From Chromatiaceae bacterium (GTDB taxonomy: Bacteria > Pseudomonadota > Gammaproteobacteria > Chromatiales > Chromatiaceae), in contig CP037918.1 in assembly GCA_019356535.1 (NCBI GenBank), positions 1,332,315 to 1,396,314 on the forward strand: 64,000 nucleotides of DNA. Reading direction: 5' to 3'. Under the pieces are notes generated by a model that was not told the origin of the DNA, did no database searches, and saw only the letters and a list, made by a program, of their open reading frames with translations. Both the position numbers and the translations under genes were made by a program. Positions 9,940 to 20,289 of the stretch are shown here, one piece after another (the stretch's first letter is position 1; each line of letters begins with the position of its first letter).

Positions 9940-10290
9940 GGGTGATAACTCGAACAGGGTTGTTACGATCGCTAGTGCCAATGGCGGCCTGCACGCCATC
10001 GATCCTTCGGCCCTGCTGGACTGGGGTTCCCGGGTTCAACGATATCCTCGTCATCGTCGGCCTGAATGCCACTCCCTGGTCTTCCGCCTTGGCCTTCCCG
10101 GAGGGGATACCCTGAGACGCACCACCGGGCTGGTCCCGACCTGGCCAGTCACTGGTCGGCAAATCCCGGGCATACCCATCGATCATATGCCTGTATCGCC
10201 CCACTGGCACATCATCGACCAGGATGTGGGGCCGGACATCGGCTCCGGCCACGATCCCACCATCGCTCGTCCACCCCTGGAAAGTTTCTA
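9940..10290 (+). pseudogene. Possible degraded PilY1/PilC beta-propeller fragment
   Basis: Fragments across frames (ASANGGLHAID, PSALL, DILVIVGL, W..IDQDVGPDIGSGHDPTIAR) occur in the order of PilY1 motifs GANDGMLHAFD, PSAVL, TVLVGG, LWE..DLG...P.IAR; weak. Confidence 0.25.
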
Positions 10291-10416
10291 GTTCATTAAC
10301 TTCCTTGTATCAGATCTCGCCTGGGAACCTCCGAACAAGCTCCGATCCCCATTGCATGGAGGAGAAGAACGTGGATTTTTTTCAGGTATGTAATGACCCC
10401 CTAGTTTTTGCACACC

Positions 10417-11260
10417 CTACGCAGCAATCTGCGCAGGCACCTGGTAGCCGAGTGCCTGATGGGGCCGCTCGGTGTTGTAGTGGCGTATCCAACGCCCGAT
10501 CACTTCTCGTGCATGGCTGATCGACTCAAAGTGGTGATGCCATACACATTCTTCTTTCATGGTGCGGATAAACCGCTCGATCATGCCGTTCTGCTCCGGG
10601 CTATATGGCGTAATGAACTCCCTGGGTCAATCCATAGCCCCTGACCGTAGCCGTATAGCGATGGGAGGTGAAGACCAGGCCGTTGTCGCTGCGTAGCTTC
10701 AACGGCCCGGATACGCGTCCCAGATGACCAAACCGGTGGATCAGCGCCTCTTCCAGTGCCGCTTCCGCTGTACAGGCATTGCCATGGGCCGCCAAACGCC
10801 ATCCCAGCAGTTCCCTGCTGGCACAATCGATGACCAGTGCAATATGGCACCAGCGATCACGGCCACACCAGATCCGCGCCAGGTCCGTGGCCCAACGTTG
10901 ATCCGGCGCTTGGGCAACCGATGGCAACGCACTCACCCGGGGACGATGCCCTTTGGGTCGCTTGCGTACCTGCCACCCCTTGAGTCGGCAGATTCGCTGT
11001 ACCACCTTGCGGTTCCAGCCCAGTAGAAACGCGATGCGACGGTAACCGTAGGTCGGAAAGCGCTCAATGATGGCTTTCACCTTCTCGGCTTTCGTCTCGT
11101 CAACCACAGGCTGCCTCACCGCAGGCCGGTAGTAGTAGCTCCTGCGACTCACCCCCAGCCATCGACAGAGCTTGGCAACGGAAACCTCATGGCCTTCTGC
11201 TTTGAGCTCCGCCTGCACCGACTTGACTAGCTTTCTTCCTCGTCGAGCAGGCGCTGCCAC
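10417..11260 (-). pseudogene. IS3 transposase OrfB (DDE), frameshifted
   Basis: WATD, LRSDNG; an extra base in the C run at 10620-10622 shifts the final EFITPYSPEQNGMIERF...YNTERPHQALG segment out of frame. Confidence 0.85.
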
Positions 11261-11538
11261 TTTTTTATCGCTTTGAGCTCCAGTTCCTTCTCGCCCAAGG
11301 CCGCATATGCCTCCGCCAGCTTGCGCTCGTACTGTTCCCGAAGGTCTCGCGGGCGGGTTCGGAAGTTGTTCTCCATGCCCTGAATGCCTTCTTCCACCCA
11401 GCGCTCTACATCACCGGGGGTAAGGTCATGTTGCCGAGAAACCTCTGCGACCGTTGTCTTGCCTTTGAGAATATCCAGTACGACCTGCGTCTTGCGCTTG
11501 GCTGTCCACCGCTTGATCTCGTTTTCTTGCTTGTCCAC
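11227..11538 (-). CDS. IS3 transposase OrfA
   Basis: RWTAKRKTQVVLDILKGKTTVAEVSRQHDL HTH; overlaps orfB at an A-rich shift site. Confidence 0.88.
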   Translation of the reverse strand: MDKQENEIKRWTAKRKTQVVLDILKGKTTVAEVSRQHDLTPGDVERWVEEGIQGMENNFRTRPRDLREQYERKLAEAYAALGEKELELKAIKKWQRLLDEEES

Positions 11539-11640
11539 GTTGCCCTCCTTTCTGCACTATAGCTTGTGCAGATTTGGAGGGGGTCACTTCAGGTATTCCC
11601 TTACTACTTGCAAAATGCGACAGCCTTGACATCGTCCGCC

Positions 11641-13122
11641 ACCTTAACCCCCTTTATATCGGGTCTCAGTTACTACGGCGAGAAGGAGTACACGCTGCGC
11701 ATCGAATACAGTCTTAATCCCCTTTATATCGGGTCTCAGTTACTACACTTCAGCTAGAGGAGGAAGCTCATGGAGCGAGTCTTAATCCCCTTTATATCGG
11801 GTCTCAGTTACTACTTTGACTTTCTCGAACTGGCAGAACTTCACGGGTCTTAATCCCCTTTATATCGGGTCTCAGTTACTACCGGAAATTGGACGCTGGG
11901 ACAGCGCGTTTCCTGGTCTTAATCCCCTTTATATCGGGTCTCAGTTACTACGATCCGCATTTCCAAAGTAAGCAAGCTTGACGGGTCTTAATCCCCTTTA
12001 TATCGGGTCTCAGTTACTACAGCAATTGCACTCGCGCTCGACAGAATCGAAGTCTTAATCCCCTTTATATCGGGTCTCAGTTACTACACCGCAGTGGGCG
12101 AAGACCCTCGCACCGAGCAGTCTTAATCCCCTTTATATCGGGTCTCAGTTACTACCTCGACGGCAACCAGATCCCCCTCAGCGTCTTGTCTTAATCCCCT
12201 TTATATCGGGTCTCAGTTACTACCTCAGATCCGAAAGAACCTCACTGGGATGCACGTCTTAATCCCCTTTATATCGGGTCTCAGTTACTACAGAGAAGCG
12301 TGCGGAGTCTTTCGCGCAAGCACGCGTCTTAATCCCCTTTATATCGGGTCTCAGTTACTACGCCATCGACACCGCCGTTGCGCTGTGGGGATACGTCTTA
12401 ATCCCCTTTATATCGGGTCTCAGTTACTACGGATTAACTATAAAAACAACGTCGCGTCCGGAGAGTCTTAATCCCCTTTATATCGGGTCTCAGTTACTAC
12501 TCTCGCGGTTCGTCTTCCGCGGCTTCGTCGAGGGTCTTAATCCCCTTTATATCGGGTCTCAGTTACTACGACGTGCTACGACGAAGAACTCATTGAAGCG
12601 TGTCTTAATCCCCTTTATATCGGGTCTCAGTTACTACCGGTTGGCAATCGGGCTGATCACGTTCATCAGTCTTAATCCCCTTTATATCGGGTCTCAGTTA
12701 CTACCGGAGTGCGCGCGAAAATCGCGCACGTCAACGTCTTAATCCCCTTTATATCGGGTCTCAGTTACTACGTCGTCGATAACGGGTATGAGCACACGCT
12801 GCGCGTCTTAATCCCCTTTATATCGGGTCTCAGTTACTACACCAGAAGATTTTTGCAGGCGATGAAATCATCAAGCGTCTTAATCCCCTTTATATCGGGT
12901 CTCAGTTACTACACAAAAGGACAAGGAAAAGATGGCGAAGATGCGCGTCTTAATCCCCTTTATATCGGGTCTCAGTTACTACACCAGCCTCCTGATAAAT
13001 ATGTACTGAAAAGGGGATGTCTTAATCCCCTTTATATCGGGTCTCAGTTACTACAAAACAACAAAATGACAGAACGTGCTCAGAAGGTCTTAATCCCCTT
13101 TATATCGGGTCTCAGTTACTAC
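11641..13122 (-). CRISPR. CRISPR array 2: 22 repeats, 21 spacers (31-36 nt)
   Basis: 36-bp repeat, minus strand GTAGTAACTGAGACCCGATATAAAGGGGATTAAGAC; the degenerate trailer repeat at 11641 fixes the orientation. Confidence 0.99.
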
Positions 13123-13267
13123 ACAGCCCCCTCAAAATTCAGCTTACATTTCAATGTGTTACGAAGGGGGTCAGAAAAAATTCCGGCAATCCGGAAGCTG
13201 TCTTGCTCAAGAGCAGAACGGAACCCCGACATCCTTGCTTCCAGAATAGTCGTCCGTTTCGACTGCA
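13123..13267 (-). promoter_or_regulatory. Leader of CRISPR array 2
   Basis: Non-coding and AT-richer; shares a motif with leader 1 at nearly the same distance from the first repeat. Confidence 0.75.
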
Positions 13268-15343
13268 TCATCGGGACATCGGCTCTTCGGCCTGTTCCAG
13301 CACCCACCCATAGACCTCCCTGTCAACGGCCTTCAGCAACCGCTCACGCTCCTCCGTTGGCAGAAAGGCATGTGCAAACCCCTGCTTCACGATCGCCAGG
13401 GCCTCCCACAGGGAGAGTTTCGGCCACAATACCGCGGCCTTGAAAAGCTCGCCGGTGGCATCGGTGCGACTGATGCCGGGGTTGTCGGTGCACAGGGCCA
13501 AGGGCACCCCCTCTCTCCAGTAGTGCTGCAGCGGATAGGGTCTGTCGCCACCGTAACCGACCACCTCGTCGTTGGAGCTGGGGCACAGTTCGATACAGAT
13601 ACCGCGGTCGCGAAAGCGCTGCAGCAGCTTGTCATCGTCGCCCAAGGTCAGGCCATGGCCGATGCGGTCGGCGTGCAGCCGGTAGGCGGCTTCCCAGATC
13701 TTGTCAGAGGGGGTGCCTTCGCCGGCATGGATGGTGATGGGCAGGCAGGCGCGAAAGGCCGGTTCGAAGTGTCGGGCAATCTCCAGCGGTGCATGCGTGC
13801 CGTCCTGCATTTCGTCGCCCGCCAGGTCCAGGCCGACGACGAAGCCGTCCAGTGCCTCCCGGGCATCGACGGCCAGTTGCACCACCGCCTCCAGGCGATC
13901 GGCTTGCCTGCGGTCGGCAATGACGATGAAGCGCAACGTGATGTCGGAATATTCTCGCGCAATGGCCTGCAGTTGCCGCAGAAAGCCGATCTGTGCCTCG
14001 CGGTCCCGGCGATATTTCTGCGGGCTGCCGCGCAGCTCAAGGTAACGCAAACCTTCGTGGCGGGCCGCCTGCAACAGCGCGTGCATGTAAGCCTGCAGCG
14101 CGGCAGGATGGCCGAGAACCGCCGAGCCGGTCAGTTCCCCGGGGCGTTCGTAGGCGGCAAAGCCCCGCCCACTCTTTTGCAGGCCATGACGGGGGCTGGT
14201 GACATCGAAGAGGTTGTACTGCAACTGTTCGTCGTCGGCCTCCACCAGCAAGGCGGCGGCATTGTGTGCACGCTCGCCTGCCTTCAACTGCCGGGGCCAC
14301 TCCCAGTCCCATTCCCGGTTGGCCAACAGGGGGCGGACCCGATCCAGGGCCCGTGCCCGTTCCCTTTCGGTGAGGCTGTCCCAGATGGCGCGGCCGACCC
14401 GGCGTTGCGCGGCGATGTCGAGGCAGCCCCCGATATGACGATGCAGGTCGGCCTTGGGCAGACGCCGCAGCGCTTCGGGGTCCACCTCGGCCAGCCGTGT
14501 GTGGCGCAGGCGCTCGATCAGCGCCGGGGGCAACCGGTAGAGCGAACGCCAGTTTTCATGGTGCTCGCCTCCAGCCAGCAGTTGCAGGTAGTTACCGAGC
14601 AGCCGCGAGCCTTCGCGTTCCCTGCGTTCGATCTCGCGCGGCAGGCTCGGCTCGGCGGCCCGCCAGGTGAAGGCACCCCCTGCCGCCGGCAGGGGATAGC
14701 TGGCCGCAGTCAGCCTCGGCTGGCCCGACTCCTCGATATCGAGCAGCTCGCTGCGCTTTCCCGCACCAACCACCAGAGGAACCAGCCCCTTGCAGTCGTC
14801 CACGCTCAGGGGCCGGGTGAAGGTGTCCGGTGCCGCCTGCTTCATGGGCTCGCTCATCTGGTTGAACGGCGGGGCGATCACATGCAGCAGGGCGGCGCAC
14901 CCGATCAACATGCCGGCGCGTTGCAGGTCGGCCGACATGGTCTTGCGTCCACCGGCCAGCGAGAGGTAGAGGCGCCCTTCCCTGCCGGTGCGTTCCGAGG
15001 CCAGCAGCACGGCACGGTAGATCAGTTCGCGCACCTGGTCACCCGCGACCTGGTCAGCGACATCGGTCACCTCGGCGGTGCGCCATACCCGCAGCGGCAG
15101 ATCGGGCGCGATCAGATCACGCCAGCGTTCGAGCTTTTTCAGCCCTTCATCGAGCTGAGTGTCGTCGGTGGTGCAGACCCACAGTTCGTCCACTGGGTGC
15201 AGCTCGTGTTTCCGGCGCAGGCTCTCGATGGCCGCATGGTCGGGGTGATCGCAATAGATGGGGCAGCGCACGGGATCGAGGAGCCCGAAGGCCTCGGGGA
15301 TCACCGCCCAGGTCTGGCCGAGGGTGCAGAGGAGGATGTTCAT
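13268..15343 (-). CDS. cad1: CARF-adenosine deaminase fusion (Cad1/CAAD-type cOA-activated effector)
   Basis: N-terminal CARF (ILLCTLGQT, SLAGGRKTMS); ADA motifs DLHRH, TIHAGE, RIGHG, ELCPSSN, TDNP. Confidence 0.92.
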   Translation of the reverse strand: MNILLCTLGQTWAVIPEAFGLLDPVRCPIYCDHPDHAAIESLRRKHELHPVDELWVCTTDDTQLDEGLKKLERWRDLIAPDLPLRVWRTAEVTDVADQVAGDQVRELIYRAVLLASERTGREGRLYLSLAGGRKTMSADLQRAGMLIGCAALLHVIAPPFNQMSEPMKQAAPDTFTRPLSVDDCKGLVPLVVGAGKRSELLDIEESGQPRLTAASYPLPAAGGAFTWRAAEPSLPREIERREREGSRLLGNYLQLLAGGEHHENWRSLYRLPPALIERLRHTRLAEVDPEALRRLPKADLHRHIGGCLDIAAQRRVGRAIWDSLTERERARALDRVRPLLANREWDWEWPRQLKAGERAHNAAALLVEADDEQLQYNLFDVTSPRHGLQKSGRGFAAYERPGELTGSAVLGHPAALQAYMHALLQAARHEGLRYLELRGSPQKYRRDREAQIGFLRQLQAIAREYSDITLRFIVIADRRQADRLEAVVQLAVDAREALDGFVVGLDLAGDEMQDGTHAPLEIARHFEPAFRACLPITIHAGEGTPSDKIWEAAYRLHADRIGHGLTLGDDDKLLQRFRDRGICIELCPSSNDEVVGYGGDRPYPLQHYWREGVPLALCTDNPGISRTDATGELFKAAVLWPKLSLWEALAIVKQGFAHAFLPTEERERLLKAVDREVYGWVLEQAEEPMSR

Positions 15344-16554
15344 TGCCGGGACTCTGGCGGCAAGAGTTGTTCGAACAAGGTCTCGAGGAGATCGCGCATC
15401 GCCTCCGGGCTGGACAGCGCCCGCTGGACCTCGTCGCCCTTGGGCTGGCTCCCGTGGGCCACGGCGTTGCGCAGGCGCCGCAGGCTGTCATAGGCCCGGT
15501 AGCGCGGGGTGCGGGGTTGTATCGCCCTTTCCCTTGTTTCGAAGCGTTCCCGGACACTTTCACGGTGTGCCATGTTGTCCGGGTCGAGGGTCTTGTCCTC
15601 TTCGCGTTGCAGGCGGGTGGTGAAGGCCTCCCAGCCGGTCAGGGCCGCTTCGAGAAAGCGCTCACGACGCAGATATTCCAGAGCCAGTTCACGCTGGCGC
15701 AGGTAGTAGTTGTCCTGGCGGGCCCAGGCGAGACGCCGGCTCAGTTCTTCGCGGAACAGCGCCAGCGCCGGGTCGTCCGTGCCTTGTTCGAGGCGTTCGA
15801 GCACCTGTCTCAGGAGCGATCTGGCCTGACCGATGCGGTTGACCGTTTCGAGGAAGGCTGCCCGCCGCAACAGTTCGCCCGTGTCGCCCCCGATCAAGGG
15901 ACCGAAGACCCCGTAATCGCCGGTCTGGCCATACACGGACAGCGCCTCGAGCCAGTCAGCGATATCGAGCAGGCCGGCCAGATCGTGCACGGACGCCCGA
16001 CCGGTATCCGGATCGTAGGCGCCGTACCAGATGTGCGCGATCTTCGCGCTCCGCACCTTGCGCAGGTGCAGGGCCGAGAGCAGTGTCAGCATGGGCAGGT
16101 GGCGAAAGCCGTGGGTAATGTCCAGATCCACGCGGTCGCCTTGCCCTACTTCTTCGGCCAGATCCCGCAGCAGACCCACCTGCTCCCGGGAGCTGTTGCA
16201 GTACGAGATCAGACGCAGGCGCACCTCGCAGCCCAGACGGTCCGCCAGCACCGGGGCGAGGCGGTCGAGCCTCTCCTGGGTGACGGCTTGCCGCTCGGCC
16301 TCACCCACCAGCGCCAGGCGATCTTCCTCGGCCGCATCACCCAGCGCGATATCGCCTTCGAACAGGTGATCCCACATGCTGCCCGGCGTGCCCAGCACCA
16401 CCAGCCGGTCTGGCCGGAGCCGCCGCTGCAGCGCCCAGCCGAAGAAGGCCAGTGGCTCACAATCGGCGCCGTCACCGAAATCGTAGCTGGTGGTGCGGTA
16501 GCCCTGTTCCCCGCGAGGCGTGCGGCCGAGAAAGGTGATGAGGATGTGGGGCAT
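15340..16554 (-). CDS. csx1: Csx1/Csm6-like CARF-HEPN ribonuclease (TM1812 family)
   Basis: ITFLG, Y..TSY.F, DITHGFRHLP; HEPN RNAVAH. Confidence 0.92.
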   Translation of the reverse strand: MPHILITFLGRTPRGEQGYRTTSYDFGDGADCEPLAFFGWALQRRLRPDRLVVLGTPGSMWDHLFEGDIALGDAAEEDRLALVGEAERQAVTQERLDRLAPVLADRLGCEVRLRLISYCNSSREQVGLLRDLAEEVGQGDRVDLDITHGFRHLPMLTLLSALHLRKVRSAKIAHIWYGAYDPDTGRASVHDLAGLLDIADWLEALSVYGQTGDYGVFGPLIGGDTGELLRRAAFLETVNRIGQARSLLRQVLERLEQGTDDPALALFREELSRRLAWARQDNYYLRQRELALEYLRRERFLEAALTGWEAFTTRLQREEDKTLDPDNMAHRESVRERFETRERAIQPRTPRYRAYDSLRRLRNAVAHGSQPKGDEVQRALSSPEAMRDLLETLFEQLLPPESRQ

Positions 16555-16564
16555 GTGGACCTCG

Positions 16565-17845
16565 TTATTCGGCTTCCAGTTTCGCGAGTTCGTCGGCAAT
16601 GCCCTGCTTCTTCTGCTTTTTGCTCCAGGGCAGCGCCTCCAGGGTCTGGCGGATCAATCGGGCGGCACTCCGACGATGTACGGGGTCTTCCCAGGCCTGT
16701 GCGGCCTTCAGCAGCTCCAGGCGCTTTTGCGCGGTCTGACAACCGGCCGACAGCAGCCCCTTGCGTTGTTCCTCTTCGCAGGTCTTGCGCAGCGCCTCCA
16801 GCGCCTGTTCCTCGGGTGACAGTTGCGCGAATGCCTGTTGCCTGGCCTGCTCCTCCCGCTCCCGGGCCGCGGCCTCGTCAAACCGCATGGCGCCGTAGCC
16901 CACCGCGGTCTTGGCGCCGAAGCCCAGCCAGTCGAAGGCGTGTTCGAAGGCCTGTTGCAGCAGGCGCCGCCAACGGTCGTTTTCGGCCAGTTCCGGTGCA
17001 ATGCGGCGCAGGAAAGGCAGATCACACACCACGTGAAAGGTGAAGCGCGAGCCCGGAGGCACGGTGAGGAAATACACGGGAATCGGCTGGCCGGATTCGT
17101 GGGGCGATTCCCCTTGCATGTAGTAATGGCTCTGGTGGCCTGTCATCACCTCCACTATCAGCTTGTCGCCTTCGATGCCCGGGATCACGTCCCAGAAGCT
17201 CAGGGCGCCCCGGCGGGCGTCGTTGCTGTCTTCCTTGCCGAACAGGGCGTCGATGGCCGTTGCGGTCCAATCCGATTCCATGTCCCATTCAGCGGCAGCA
17301 ACGCCGGCCAGTTCCCGTGCCGCCTGGCGCAGCACCCCCTTGACCCCGCTGCCCGGCAAGTAGGGCAAGCCATAGGGCCAGAGAAAGGCAAAGCCGTTCT
17401 CCAACGGGTGTTCATTGCCCAGGCCCGTGGTGAAGGGTGCCACCGCCTCGCCATCGACCACCATCACCTCGTCGCCGGTGCAGGCGGTCGATGCCAGCGC
17501 CTGCTGGCGAGCGACCAAGGCCTGCATGCGTACCTTGTCGTCACCACTCAAGCCGCTGACCCGTTTCCAAGCCGATTGGGCACCCTGGTCGTTCTTGTGC
17601 CATAGCGCCGGGAATCGTCCACGCGCCTGTTTCGCGTGCGAAATGGCGGCGTCCATCCCCTGCTGTTCCAGGATCTGTCCAAGTTCCCGTCCTTGCGGAC
17701 TCTTGGCGCCAGCCATCTTCCGGATCTGTTTTTCCTGGTCTGCTCGCTCGGTCCAGATCGGCAGATACATGGAGAAGCGCATCCCCGGCGAGGCTTCCGA
17801 CAGGTCTTGCTTGCCGATGTATTCGGGTATCGCTGCGATGGGCAT
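16565..17845 (-). CDS. cmr6: Type III-B RAMP Cmr6
   Basis: TTGLGNEHPLENG, PYLPGSGVKG, GFGAKTAVGYG. Confidence 0.95.
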   Translation of the reverse strand: MPIAAIPEYIGKQDLSEASPGMRFSMYLPIWTERADQEKQIRKMAGAKSPQGRELGQILEQQGMDAAISHAKQARGRFPALWHKNDQGAQSAWKRVSGLSGDDKVRMQALVARQQALASTACTGDEVMVVDGEAVAPFTTGLGNEHPLENGFAFLWPYGLPYLPGSGVKGVLRQAARELAGVAAAEWDMESDWTATAIDALFGKEDSNDARRGALSFWDVIPGIEGDKLIVEVMTGHQSHYYMQGESPHESGQPIPVYFLTVPPGSRFTFHVVCDLPFLRRIAPELAENDRWRRLLQQAFEHAFDWLGFGAKTAVGYGAMRFDEAAAREREEQARQQAFAQLSPEEQALEALRKTCEEEQRKGLLSAGCQTAQKRLELLKAAQAWEDPVHRRSAARLIRQTLEALPWSKKQKKQGIADELAKLEAE

Positions 17846-17846
17846 C

Positions 17847-20285
<2,439 letters not shown>

Positions 20286-20289
<4 letters not shown>

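Larger units (their letters stand above)
10389..11591 (-). mobile_element. IS3-family insertion sequence, 1203 bp
   Basis: Ends TGTAATGACCCCCTAGTTTTTGCACA / TGAAGTGACCCCCTCCAAATCTGCACA; 4-bp target duplication GGTA (10385-10388, 11592-11595). Confidence 0.93.

Noticed and set aside
11677-12804. Array 2 spacers at 11677 and 12772 share CACGCTGCGC
   Set aside because: Only 10 bp and the flanking codons do not align, unlike the two reported pairs
4022-13122. Self-targeting spacers
   Set aside because: No match to the rest of the window seen by eye; not exhaustive and needs BLASTn
4054-13443. ORFs spanning the CRISPR arrays (4054-4293, 4478-4918, 5531-5833, 12250-12471, 12709-13443)
   Set aside because: Read-through of repeats and spacers, not genes
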